Source: Candidatus Daviesbacteria bacterium (GTDB taxonomy: Bacteria; Patescibacteriota; Microgenomatia; Daviesbacterales; UBA10151). Taken from it: a DNA stretch of 64,000 bases. The stretch lies in NCBI GenBank assembly GCA_016432425.1, contig CP066688.1, forward strand, positions 20,368 through 84,367, given 5' to 3'. Below, piece by piece: positions 46,019 through 55,876 of the stretch (positions within the stretch are counted from its first letter, which is position 1; the number at the start of each line of letters is the position of its first letter). The position numbers were made by a program, and so were the translations under genes. The notes under the pieces are model-generated. The model saw nothing but the letters and a program-made list of their open reading frames with translations, made no database searches and was not told where the DNA came from.

Positions 46019-47418
46019 AGCTCAACCTCTCCCATTTGTTTAATTTCCGAAGGAAAGAAGGTTCCCTTCATCTTAGTATAATTTAGTTTAATATACTCCA
46101 CTACTTTTTGAGGTTGATAAACATTTAGGTCAAACCAATTGCCACTGGCGGGAATTTTCCGCAAAATCAACTTAGGTGGATCAGCTGTTAAATCCTTAAT
46201 AAATTTATCCTGCACCCCTGGGATTTCAAAATACCAACCAAAGTTATCCAACCAACCTTTGGGCGGCAAACGGTCACTATAGACATAAAGCGAGGAATTT
46301 AATCCCAGTAAATACACTTTTTCGGAAGAACCTAGATTTTGATTTAAAAAATTAGCCCAGGCAATTTCTTCTGGGCCATAAAATCTTATTGCTTCTTTTT
46401 TAGGCTGATAATAAATTCCAGCTACTACTAAAAAAATTGTCGAAACTAGCAATAAAGTTATGATTTTGAATTTTGTTAAATGATGAATAATTAAGCTTAA
46501 ACTAATTATTAAAAATACTAAAGCCGGTTGCAGATGAAAAAAAGTTAATCGAGGATAAATAATTAATGTAGAGATAACAAAAAAAATTAGACTTAAGATT
46601 AGAGTTTGATTTTTCAATACTTTTTTATTTAATAAGCAAAGCTTTTCTATGAATAAGCAAGTAAAAATAGTTAATCCTAAAATCATAATCGTCAAAAATT
46701 CTCGACGGCTAATCTGAAAACCTGTATATCCGGGAAACTTTGACCAAAAATTAATTGGATAATAGATATTCCAGTTTGTAAAATCCATTAAGGAATTATT
46801 AACTACTAAATAAACAATAAAGCCAATCAGAGGAGCCCCACCATAAATTAGATATAAAATATTTTTATAATTTAACTCTCTATTTTTAATAAGGATAAAA
46901 AGTAAAGGTAGCGAATACAAAACTGCGGTTTGTTTGACCAAAATAGAAAAACTTAAAAAAAGAGCTCCCCAAAATAAATAGATTGGTCTTTTTTTCTCTA
47001 ACCACGCCAAAACCATTAAAAATTCCAGCAGCAAAAACGGCAACATACCAATTTCGAACCACATCATGTTTCCATCTAAAACTGACTGCAATAAAATGTA
47101 GAGGAAAGTTAATAAAAAAGATAGTTTAAGATTATTTGTTAATTTTTTTATAATGAGAAAAATCAACAGGTCCCCCACCAAGATATAGATCCAAGTAAAA
47201 TATTTAAGTACTAAGGGACTAAACTCAAATAAATGATAAACAGCAGATAAAATTAATACTAACCCCGGCGGATAAGGCATCACAAAATCTTTATAAAAGA
47301 AAAAGTTATTACTTAATAAATACGGATAAGAAAGCATCTCCGGCCAAGCAGTAAAGGTTAATTGGTTTAAAACCAAAATATGCAAGATAAGAATGAATAT
47401 TAAAAACAAATACTTCAT
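46003..47418 (-). CDS. polytopic membrane protein, putative GT-C-type glycosyltransferase of unknown family
   Basis: About 12 TM helices are followed by a C-terminal extracytoplasmic domain. It is very AT-rich with no diagnostic motif. The assignment rests on topology and context only. Confidence 0.4.
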   Translation of the reverse strand: MKYLFLIFILILHILVLNQLTFTAWPEMLSYPYLLSNNFFFYKDFVMPYPPGLVLILSAVYHLFEFSPLVLKYFTWIYILVGDLLIFLIIKKLTNNLKLSFLLTFLYILLQSVLDGNMMWFEIGMLPFLLLEFLMVLAWLEKKRPIYLFWGALFLSFSILVKQTAVLYSLPLLFILIKNRELNYKNILYLIYGGAPLIGFIVYLVVNNSLMDFTNWNIYYPINFWSKFPGYTGFQISRREFLTIMILGLTIFTCLFIEKLCLLNKKVLKNQTLILSLIFFVISTLIIYPRLTFFHLQPALVFLIISLSLIIHHLTKFKIITLLLVSTIFLVVAGIYYQPKKEAIRFYGPEEIAWANFLNQNLGSSEKVYLLGLNSSLYVYSDRLPPKGWLDNFGWYFEIPGVQDKFIKDLTADPPKLILRKIPASGNWFDLNVYQPQKVVEYIKLNYTKMKGTFFPSEIKQMGEVELWQRK

Positions 47419-47442
47419 GTAATTAGAAGGTCTCCTTCACTA

Positions 47443-48246
47443 TCATTTTTGGGCAATTATCATTAGATCTGTACCCAAGTTTAGTTTAGAAATTATTAAA
47501 GAGGGAAATAATGTAACCAACTCACTAAAAAATCTTTTTTTAAAGTGAATTAAAGCAAAAATTAATTCTTTAAAAGGATTATCCAGATCAAAAATACCAG
47601 AAGCTCTCTCAGAGTAAATAATTTTAAACTTAAATTCTCTTAATAAAATCTCCAAAGAGAAGTAAGTAAAATGCCATAAATGCTCCTCCGGCAGAAGCAA
47701 ACTCCAGCGGTACCCCTGTTTCCTGGCAGACCAAGAGCCAAAATTGGGCACATCAATATAAATAATTCCTCCTTTGTTCAATAAACTAAAACATTTTTTA
47801 ATAATCCTTCGAGGATTTTCTAAATGCTCCAAAGTGTGGTTTAAAATTATAATATCAAAATTATCCTTAAATTTAATATTTTCAAATTTATCAACAATTA
47901 CTTTAAGGCCTTTTCCTGCTGCAATTTTGGCTGCCCCTGCAGACATCTCTACCCCATAAACAGTAAAACCACGGTCTTGCAGTAGTTGCAGCATTACTCC
48001 TATAGAACAGCCAATTTCTAAAACCTTGCCTGATTTTTTAAAATCAGAGATAATTTTAACCCGCTTTTGAAAAATATTTTTAAATAACTCCGGCTCATTA
48101 ATATAAGTTTCATCACGATGATAATCTCCTACCTGAGAAAATAGATCTCCGGTTATTCCTAATCCACAATTTTTACATTGAGAAATTTCTTTGTCTCCAA
48201 CTGTACAATATAAATCTGCCGCTTGGTTGCAAATAAAACAGTTCAC
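47443..48246 (-). CDS. class I SAM-dependent methyltransferase with N-terminal Cys4 zinc ribbon
   Basis: The ribbon CFICNQ...CKNCG is followed by SAM motif I VLEIGCSIG and post I IILNHTLEHL. Confidence 0.7.
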   Translation of the reverse strand: MNCFICNQAADLYCTVGDKEISQCKNCGLGITGDLFSQVGDYHRDETYINEPELFKNIFQKRVKIISDFKKSGKVLEIGCSIGVMLQLLQDRGFTVYGVEMSAGAAKIAAGKGLKVIVDKFENIKFKDNFDIIILNHTLEHLENPRRIIKKCFSLLNKGGIIYIDVPNFGSWSARKQGYRWSLLLPEEHLWHFTYFSLEILLREFKFKIIYSERASGIFDLDNPFKELIFALIHFKKRFFSELVTLFPSLIISKLNLGTDLMIIAQK

Positions 48247-49101
48247 TTAGCTTAGCCTCCTCTTAATTTTTTTCAAGGGAGTTTGGAAAAAAGCGGGGAT
48301 TTTGTATTTTAAAGGCATTTTCTTTAAAGGATTTTCTACCAAAGTGGGGTATTTTTTAAAAAATACCCCGGGAAGTTTAAAATCTTTGGGGAAAGGAGTA
48401 CCCAGTTCATATTTAAATCTCATTTGTCTTTCAAAAACCTCCCCATCTTTACTGGATCTTCTTAAATGGCTGGCATGTAAATAAGGAGCATCTAAAAAGA
48501 GCAATTTGTCTTCTCCCCGCTCATAAATTAATTTACCGTCCTTATCAAAATAACCCTCGCGGAAAAACCCTTGTTGGTTGGAATGAGTTTCTATATGCAG
48601 CCCGGGGATTTTCATATTAATAGCCCGGACATTAAAATGTCCTTTACGACCAGCAATTTGATACTCACCACCCAGCTCTTCCTGATAATGGAAAATATCT
48701 CCCAATAACATATAAGTGGGAACTACCATACATTCTGCACTATCATTTTGCTCCATGGCAGATGTGAGTTTCCGAATTGAGCCATCCGGCCAAATCTCAT
48801 CTCCATCTAAAATTAAAATCCAGTCTGCTTTTGTTTCATCTAACATCTGCTGGCGATACTTCCCCAGCTCAATCATATCTTTGTTTTTGGGATACTCCTT
48901 TAAAACAATTTTTTTGTTTTTAATGGTTTTAATAATTTCTACAGTATGGTCAGTTGATCCCAAATCATAGACCAAAACCCGATCTACCCAGTCTATGACA
49001 CTATTTATGGCAAACCAGATAAATCTTTCTTCATTCCTAACTAAACAATGTACCCAAATTTTTATTTTCATGTTTTTCTGGCAAACTCCTTGACTGCCCA
49101 A
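48247..49101 (-). CDS. GT2-like (GT-A fold) glycosyltransferase
   Basis: VHCLVRNEERFIWFAINSV...VLVYDLGSTDHT is the GT-A N-terminus, with the DxD region ILDGDE. Confidence 0.6.
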   Translation of the reverse strand: MGSQGVCQKNMKIKIWVHCLVRNEERFIWFAINSVIDWVDRVLVYDLGSTDHTVEIIKTIKNKKIVLKEYPKNKDMIELGKYRQQMLDETKADWILILDGDEIWPDGSIRKLTSAMEQNDSAECMVVPTYMLLGDIFHYQEELGGEYQIAGRKGHFNVRAINMKIPGLHIETHSNQQGFFREGYFDKDGKLIYERGEDKLLFLDAPYLHASHLRRSSKDGEVFERQMRFKYELGTPFPKDFKLPGVFFKKYPTLVENPLKKMPLKYKIPAFFQTPLKKIKRRLS

Positions 49102-50333
49102 AAAGTCGGCAGGATAAAATTTAATATGTTGCCAACTAATACGGTGGCTGCCGCCCCTTCAATTCCCCATAGCGGTATCAATTTGATACTTAAAAAAATC
49201 ACCATTAATAAATTAATAATGGAAAAGATTACAAAAACTTGTGGTTTGGCAAAGTAATAAAAGATGGACTGATGGGCTGGTACGGAAAGCAAAAAAAGCA
49301 GTTGAGCAATAAATAAAATAGTAAATGCTCTGACACTGCCTTCAAAAACCGATCCATAAATTAAGGGAATTAATAAATTGGCCACCGGAATTAATAAAAT
49401 TCCCAAAAACGCCAGTCCTAAAACGAGCAGCTCTACCTTTTTAAAATAATTCCAAGCCTGACTTCTGGTATTGAAACTGGCAAATTTAGGGGCCACCACC
49501 GCAGCTAAGGCAAAAATTAGCTGCGGTAAAACTCCGGCAACCTGCAAAGCCACCCCATATAGACCAACCTGTCCAATAGATAAAAATTTAGCAGCCATGA
49601 AAGTGTCCACTCTGGCACCTAAAGCTGCCACAATAGTCAAAAGTATCATCCATCTATTAAATTTAAAAAATTCCTTGATCACTGATTGTTCATTTTTCTC
49701 TACTAAAAAATTAGGCAAAAGAAACAACCCTAAAAAGAAAAAAATAAAAGGAATAACAATGTAGATTATTAAGGTATTTTCTAAAGTTAATCCAACAGTT
49801 AATGAAAGAAGCAAAATAAGAACTAACCGGATGGAGTTAGAGGTGATATTAAATGCCGACCAAACCCAGTATTTTTGTAGCCCTTGAAAAGATGTAGCAA
49901 TAAAAGAAAAAAACATTGCTCCCCCTGCCCCTAACAAAGACATTCTTAAGGGTTGTACCAGCTCTGACTTCCCGAAAAAGCTCTGTGCTAAAATGGGCGC
50001 AATTAACCAGCCAAATATGGCAACTGTCAGCCAAACTAATATTTTTATCTCTAGCCCCAATTTTAAGAAAAGTTTATATTTACCATTAAGGTATTTACTG
50101 ATAAACCTAATTATCCCTGTATCTATGCCTAGACTGCCAATATCTGCGAGTATTGTAATGGTAGCAACAGCTATGGTAAAAATCCCGAAATTTTCCGATC
50201 CCAGGCTGCGAGCCACTAATATGTAAAATAAAATTCCCAAAACTCCATTGATGACAGTTCCGGAAGTGGTCACAAAAGAATCTTTTAAGGTTTTAGTTTG
50301 TAAAGCTAGTTTAAAAGTATTAATTAATTCCAT
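49068..50333 (-). CDS. Wzx-type oligosaccharide flippase (MOP superfamily, PST family)
   Basis: A 12-TM protein whose N-terminus LKDSFVTTSGTVINGVLGILFYILVARSLG is typical of polysaccharide biosynthesis (Wzx) proteins. Confidence 0.7.
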   Translation of the reverse strand: MELINTFKLALQTKTLKDSFVTTSGTVINGVLGILFYILVARSLGSENFGIFTIAVATITILADIGSLGIDTGIIRFISKYLNGKYKLFLKLGLEIKILVWLTVAIFGWLIAPILAQSFFGKSELVQPLRMSLLGAGGAMFFSFIATSFQGLQKYWVWSAFNITSNSIRLVLILLLSLTVGLTLENTLIIYIVIPFIFFFLGLFLLPNFLVEKNEQSVIKEFFKFNRWMILLTIVAALGARVDTFMAAKFLSIGQVGLYGVALQVAGVLPQLIFALAAVVAPKFASFNTRSQAWNYFKKVELLVLGLAFLGILLIPVANLLIPLIYGSVFEGSVRAFTILFIAQLLFLLSVPAHQSIFYYFAKPQVFVIFSIINLLMVIFLSIKLIPLWGIEGAAATVLVGNILNFILPTFWAVKEFARKT

Positions 50334-53028
50334 AAATTTTTCTTCTTAGGAAATATACCAAGCCACCCACTATTATGACAAGAACAGTTGCCATGGAAAG
50401 ATAAACACTAAATTTGACTGATGATTGGGGCAAATATTGTAACTGCAAGCTTTGAGGCTGGTCTACATAAAAACCATTGATCATGGAATATAAAGGAAAA
50501 TGAGGAGTATTATTTATATTCCAATCTCTATTATAGTGATCAGTAAAAATTATCCATTTGTTGCCTTCATTTAGAGAAATCAGATAATTAGTCGGGTTGT
50601 GCATTTGATAACCAACTTCTTGATATTGTAAATCCTTAAGCTTTTTTTCTATTTGTGTATCTAAGTTAATATGTTCATATTTTTCTATAATTTGATTGGA
50701 TAAACTTAAGGCCTCCTGATAATCTTGCTCTGGTATTAGAGCTATAACGTTGACGGCATTAAACCCGCCCAAATTTTCTAAGCTAATATTTTCATTACCC
50801 TTTTGCAAACTAAGTGGTCCGAGTACATTCCATTTAAAAGAATCTATATTTTTTAAAATTTCCTGGTTTTTAAAATTAATCCTGATTCCTGCACTCTCTT
50901 GATTAGAGATAGTCCTCAGAGCTAGGCGATACTGGCCATTTTGAGGTACCGGAATTTTAAATTGTAATTTTTCATCTTTGATGGACGAAAAATACAAACC
51001 TCGATTAAACCCTAAATCTTTGACTGCAATACCATTTTTTAAAAGTTCATATTTCCAGTTAAGATACTGATTGCTCTTATATACCCCCCAATTATTAAAG
51101 CTGGGAACAAATTCCAAAAAGTTACGCTGTTTTAGTGCCAAAGCCAAATCAATATTATTTCTCTGATTTAAAATTAAATAAGCTGACTGCTTGGGTAAAG
51201 AGACTAACTGGTCCGGATTAAATAATCCATCCTCTACAAAAATAAAACCCTGATTATAGAGGTGAAAGTTAGTATATTTTGTTTTTAAGTTTTCATAAAT
51301 ACTGCCATCCCCCACTACTATAATCACTTTTTCCTGGGTAAAAATCTTGGGGTTGGGGTCTGAAACCTGGTAGCCAGGAAAGGAAATGGGCCAGTTTAGT
51401 ACTTTAAAACTAGTGTTTTGGCTAAGAAAATCTACAAATTTTTCTCTGTCCTTTCTTTCTTGATCGGTCCAGGTTTTTTTTCTGGGGTTTTCCGGGAAAA
51501 AAGCATATTTAATTCCCAATAGTTTAAACCAATCTGATAACTGGCTGTGATGAAGAAAATAAAATAAGTCATATTCTCCCTGAATCATTAAAGCAAAGGG
51601 GAGGTCTTTGTAAAGATTATTGGCAGAGATTGCTTCCTTACCCCAAACCGCATATCCCAAAGGCGGCTTTTCCGGAAACCATACTGACCTAAAAAAAGGC
51701 TCTGACGCTTTTAAATTCCCTGCAATAGTGGAGAAGCTAGGATCCGAAGGTTTTAAGGATAAAGTTCCGGTCAAGCCTCCAAAAGCCGGGGATATTAAAA
51801 TCAGTAAAAAAATATAGACAAAGACAAAAAAAATATTTTTTTTCTTTGGTAATTTTAAAGCAATTTGGCAGACGCTAAATGAAAGCAGCAGTGAAGCAAA
51901 TAAGATTTGCGGGATAAAAAATTTTGAAGAATCCCGAAAGAGAAATCCTAAGGGAATATTATTAACTAAAAATGTATACCAAAGACCCAACGGCTCACTA
52001 CTGCCTTTAGTAATAAAGGCCAGTACTAAAAATATTAAGCCAAAAATTAAAAATTGTTTTTTGCGAGCTAACAAACCACCAAACAGTAACAGCGGAACGA
52101 AAGCGAAATAAAAAGGAACATTGATCGAGCGGCCAAATTCATTTAAGGGGAATTGGGGTTGATAAATAAATAAAGAATTAGTCAGTGAGACAATGCCTTC
52201 TAATTTATCAACTCCGATATTTAAACCTACAGAATTAAAATTTAACCAAGTAGGTAATATCCAAAAAAGATCTGCTAGAAAAGTACTAATTAATAAAACA
52301 GCCACCCCAAAAAGTTTTGAGGATAAATTGACTTTTAATTTATCTAAGTCACCAATCAAAATTAGAAAAACTGTCAAAAGGAGTAGTAAAAAAATTCTCA
52401 TGTCAATATTGGTAAGTAGTAGTAAAAATAAAAGCGACAGGAAAAAATATTTTTTAGTTTCCAGATGTAAATATTGGTAGAGAAAATGAGCTGTTAAAGG
52501 GAACAGGCCATAAGCTAGAGCCACCCCGATTTGTCCTCCATCCGCTACCATCAAAAAATAAGTATTGAAACTGTAAAAAAAACTGCCTAAAAATTTAGGA
52601 ATTTTACCTCCGCCAACTGGCGGAGGCAAGCTCTGCTTACCCTGAACATGGTGAATGGGCAAGCTCTGCTTATCTTTGACAAAACTACCTATTAAAAACC
52701 ATGCTCCCAAGAAAGAAATTAAAGTAGCGGGCAGATAAAAAATAATCCTCACTAAAATATTATTTTCTATTCCTAAAAAATCATTGACTAAACCATATAA
52801 ATAAGTAGGCAAGTAGAGCCAAAGTACATTAAATTGAGGGGCGCCAAAATTATCATTTCTGATATCCCAAGTAAAAGGAAAATTAAACAGCTCTTTCAAA
52901 TTTTCCGGGTAGAAAAAAGGAGCATCACCCCAAGATAGCGGAGAATTGGTAAAAAATGCTCGATAAATTAGTAAATAGGGAACTAAAAAAGCTAAACCGG
53001 CCAAGAAGAGATAAACTTTACTTTTCAT
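50320..53028 (-). CDS. large (902 aa) polytopic membrane protein, YfhO-like putative GT-C glycosyltransferase with internal tandem peptide repeat
   Basis: An N-terminal 13-TM domain (WGDAPFFYPENLKELFNFPFTW...) is followed by a C-terminal 450-aa external domain. An in-frame 33-nt tandem repeat at 52625-52690 encodes IHHVQGKQSLP x2. Confidence 0.5.
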   Translation of the reverse strand: MKSKVYLFLAGLAFLVPYLLIYRAFFTNSPLSWGDAPFFYPENLKELFNFPFTWDIRNDNFGAPQFNVLWLYLPTYLYGLVNDFLGIENNILVRIIFYLPATLISFLGAWFLIGSFVKDKQSLPIHHVQGKQSLPPPVGGGKIPKFLGSFFYSFNTYFLMVADGGQIGVALAYGLFPLTAHFLYQYLHLETKKYFFLSLLFLLLLTNIDMRIFLLLLLTVFLILIGDLDKLKVNLSSKLFGVAVLLISTFLADLFWILPTWLNFNSVGLNIGVDKLEGIVSLTNSLFIYQPQFPLNEFGRSINVPFYFAFVPLLLFGGLLARKKQFLIFGLIFLVLAFITKGSSEPLGLWYTFLVNNIPLGFLFRDSSKFFIPQILFASLLLSFSVCQIALKLPKKKNIFFVFVYIFLLILISPAFGGLTGTLSLKPSDPSFSTIAGNLKASEPFFRSVWFPEKPPLGYAVWGKEAISANNLYKDLPFALMIQGEYDLFYFLHHSQLSDWFKLLGIKYAFFPENPRKKTWTDQERKDREKFVDFLSQNTSFKVLNWPISFPGYQVSDPNPKIFTQEKVIIVVGDGSIYENLKTKYTNFHLYNQGFIFVEDGLFNPDQLVSLPKQSAYLILNQRNNIDLALALKQRNFLEFVPSFNNWGVYKSNQYLNWKYELLKNGIAVKDLGFNRGLYFSSIKDEKLQFKIPVPQNGQYRLALRTISNQESAGIRINFKNQEILKNIDSFKWNVLGPLSLQKGNENISLENLGGFNAVNVIALIPEQDYQEALSLSNQIIEKYEHINLDTQIEKKLKDLQYQEVGYQMHNPTNYLISLNEGNKWIIFTDHYNRDWNINNTPHFPLYSMINGFYVDQPQSLQLQYLPQSSVKFSVYLSMATVLVIIVGGLVYFLRRKIYGIN

Positions 53029-53088
53029 AAACTAATGAATTTTAACCATTATCTTAAATTTTATAACTAACGCATGTGCGAATACAAA

Positions 53089-53117
53089 TTGACACAACCA
53101 ATTTAACTATTTAGAAT
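53089..53117 (+). promoter_or_regulatory. sigma70 promoter (TTGACA, 17-nt spacer, TAGAAT) for the plus-strand operon starting at 53129
   Basis: TTGACA at 53089-53094 and TAGAAT at 53112-53117 form a textbook promoter. The ATG lies 11 nt downstream. It sits in the divergent region between 53028 and 53129. Confidence 0.55.
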
Positions 53118-53128
53118 GAGCTAATCGC

Positions 53129-54019
53129 ATGGAAAAATCTCCGCTAATATTAATGTTAGGGGCAACCGGACTAGTAGCCTCCCAAATTTTAGAAGATTGG
53201 CACCATCCCAGTAATATTCTTACTCCCGGAATTGCCGATTTAGATATATTAAATCAGGAAGCTTTAGCTGTCTATTTAAGAAAAAATCCTACTCCTGTAA
53301 TTATTAACTTTGTCGGTTTCACTAATTTACCGGAGGCAGAAAAAGATAAAGGGAATAAGAAAGGGCTGTGTTGGCAGCTAAATGTCGGAGCCAGCGCCCG
53401 CTTAGCTCAAATTTGCCAAGAAGAGGACATCTTCTTAATACATATCTCCACTGACAATGTTTTTTATGGATTAAAAAGCGATCCCGGGCCCTACAGCGAA
53501 AACCACCCGCTAATGGATGATCATACCCAAGTAAACTGGTATGGATACACTAAAGCACAGGGAGAATTAGCTATTAGAAATAGCAGTATCAAATCAGCCA
53601 TTGTGAGAATCTCCCACCCTTTTGGCAATCCCCAAATAGACCGTGATTTTGCCCAAAAAGTCATTACTTATATTAATGCCGGATACACCCTCTTTGATGA
53701 TCAACATTTTACTCCCACTTATTTACCGGATTTATCCCTAGCGCTTAAAAAAATCGCTGACGAGCAAATTTCTGGTATTTACCATGTAGCTTGCCAGCCT
53801 GTATCTACCCCTTTTGAGTTTGCAGAATATATTGCCAAACAAAAAAAATTAGCTCAAGTTAAAGTGGGGAAGATTGATGAATGGACAGAGAAAAATCCCA
53901 ATAGCTACCCTAGAGTAAAGTTTGGTGGACTAGAAACTGATTTTACCCAAGCAATTTTGCAGGTAAAATTCCATTCCTGGCCAGAAGCTTTAGATGAGTT
54001 TTTACCGAAAATTAAATAG
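53129..54019 (+). CDS. NAD(P)-dependent sugar-nucleotide reductase/epimerase of the RmlD (dTDP-4-dehydrorhamnose reductase) family
   Basis: The N-terminal glycine-rich motif LMLGATGLVASQI, the ISTDNVFYG motif (RmlD ISTDYVF) and a YxxxK (YGYTK) are present. The 296-aa length fits. Confidence 0.6.
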   Translation: MEKSPLILMLGATGLVASQILEDWHHPSNILTPGIADLDILNQEALAVYLRKNPTPVIINFVGFTNLPEAEKDKGNKKGLCWQLNVGASARLAQICQEEDIFLIHISTDNVFYGLKSDPGPYSENHPLMDDHTQVNWYGYTKAQGELAIRNSSIKSAIVRISHPFGNPQIDRDFAQKVITYINAGYTLFDDQHFTPTYLPDLSLALKKIADEQISGIYHVACQPVSTPFEFAEYIAKQKKLAQVKVGKIDEWTEKNPNSYPRVKFGGLETDFTQAILQVKFHSWPEALDEFLPKIK

Positions 54020-55186
54020 ATGAAACTGCGCCTTTTAGTAGCTGCCGGTTCTTTTTTAGTAACTTTAATAATTTTAGAACTATCTTTAAGATCTTATTAC
54101 TGGCTCTCTGCCCAACAATTTTTTCATCCTAACCCCCAAGAAACTACTATCACTTGGCAAAATGATCCGCTGTTAGGACGAAGGCTAACTCCTAAGCAGC
54201 AGGGTTGGTTTGTAAGCTCCACCAAGGAATATTTTACCTGGATTACAGTTAACCAAGCAGGCTGGCCTGATGCAGATCACTCCTTTGCCAAACCAGCTGA
54301 CACTTTCCGAATTGTGATTATTGGCGACTCTTTTGTAGAAAATTTTCAAGTGCCATTTCATCAAACTTTCTTTCGCCAGTTACAAGACAAATTAAATAAT
54401 AAATTACTTGATAAAAAGATCGAGGTGATTGCTTTGGGGCTAGGTGACAGCGGCACTGCCCAGCAGTATTTAATACTTAAAAATTATGCCTTAATTTATC
54501 AACCGGATTTAGTTATTCAATTTTTCTTTTCCGGTAATGATGTTAAAAATAATTCTCTTATTTTGCAAGGTGATCCCCATCGTCCTTATTTTAAATTAGA
54601 AAACAACCAAGTAGTATTACAGTCATTTACTACCAAAAACAGCCTCTTCCCCCAAAATATGCTAATCTTTTTTAAAGATCATTCCAAATTACTCACTTTA
54701 ATTTTAAATTTTAAAGGGCAAATCATCAATCGCTTTAGTACTGATTTAAATGATTACCCCATTGATTATCATGTTTATGACCAAAATCCTTCTGCTGATT
54801 ATCAAGCTGCCTGGGAACTAACTTTGCGGCTTTTGCTCCTGGAAAAACAAACCGCAGAAACTGCTGGGGCTAAATTTTTACTGGTAACCTTAGCTAATAA
54901 TGAACAGGTTAACAAAAATGTTTGGCCAGAAATACAAAATACTTACCCCAAATTAAAAACTGCCAGTTTGGATTTAAAGAAACCGGATGAAATCTTAGCT
55001 GAGTTTTGCCAAATTAATAATTTGGACTGTTTATTTACGCTGTCCTTTTTTCAAGATTTTGTGAAACAAAATCCAGCCACCCCGACTCATTTTCAAAAAG
55101 ACGGCCATTGGAGTCAAACAGGAACTAATTTAGTGGCTAATTTTTTAACAGAAAAATTAGCGCCCATGTTAGAATTTAAAAGATAA
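54020..55186 (+). CDS. SGNH/GDSL-family hydrolase or acyltransferase accessory protein (AlgJ/DltD-like) with N-terminal membrane anchor
   Basis: One TM helix is followed by block I IIGDSFVENF. Its stop overlaps the next start. Confidence 0.5.
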   Translation: MKLRLLVAAGSFLVTLIILELSLRSYYWLSAQQFFHPNPQETTITWQNDPLLGRRLTPKQQGWFVSSTKEYFTWITVNQAGWPDADHSFAKPADTFRIVIIGDSFVENFQVPFHQTFFRQLQDKLNNKLLDKKIEVIALGLGDSGTAQQYLILKNYALIYQPDLVIQFFFSGNDVKNNSLILQGDPHRPYFKLENNQVVLQSFTTKNSLFPQNMLIFFKDHSKLLTLILNFKGQIINRFSTDLNDYPIDYHVYDQNPSADYQAAWELTLRLLLLEKQTAETAGAKFLLVTLANNEQVNKNVWPEIQNTYPKLKTASLDLKKPDEILAEFCQINNLDCLFTLSFFQDFVKQNPATPTHFQKDGHWSQTGTNLVANFLTEKLAPMLEFKR

Positions 55187-55830
55187 TGACTAAACCTAAA
55201 GAAAAAACTCTGACTGCTATTTGGCAACAAGTTCCGGCAGACTATTACGACCAAGGAATGCAGAATAATTTTCTGCAATTTATTTGGCACCGACAAAAGT
55301 GGACCTTTTTCCGAAAACTTATGGAGGGAGTAAAATTTAAATTAATTTTAGATGTTGGTTGTGCCAGCGGCACTTTTACCAACAGGTTAACGGAACTTTT
55401 CCCTCAGGCAAAAATTTATGGAGTGGATGCTTACAGTTCTGCCATTAAATTTGCCCAAAAAAAATATCCTCATCTAAATTTTTTGAAAGCCGACGCTCAC
55501 CAGCTACCCTTTAAACAAAATTCTTTTGACTTAGTTATTTGCTATGAAACCATTGAGCACGTAGTCGACCCGCTCCAGGTTTTAAGACAGATGCACAGAA
55601 TTTTAAAAAAAGACGGTCTGGCCATTTTGGCAATGGACTCGGGTAATTTGATGTTTAGAACTATTTGGTGGTTCTGGGGAAAAACCAAGGGTCGGGTTTG
55701 GGAAGGGGCACATTTGCACCCTTTTCATCATGACCATTTGGAAGAAATTGTGCAAAAAAGTGGTTTTAAAATTCAACAGAAAAAATTTTCCCACTTCGGA
55801 ATGGAAGTAGTGTTCGTTCTCAAAAAATGA
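55186..55830 (+). CDS. class I SAM-dependent methyltransferase (type 11)
   Basis: Motif I ILDVGCASGTF, post I LVICYETIEHV and motif III LKKDGLAIL. Confidence 0.75.
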   Translation: MTKPKEKTLTAIWQQVPADYYDQGMQNNFLQFIWHRQKWTFFRKLMEGVKFKLILDVGCASGTFTNRLTELFPQAKIYGVDAYSSAIKFAQKKYPHLNFLKADAHQLPFKQNSFDLVICYETIEHVVDPLQVLRQMHRILKKDGLAILAMDSGNLMFRTIWWFWGKTKGRVWEGAHLHPFHHDHLEEIVQKSGFKIQQKKFSHFGMEVVFVLKK

Positions 55831-55876
55831 AGGGGATCTTCTAATTGCATTATGAGGGGGACCCTCTAATTATATT

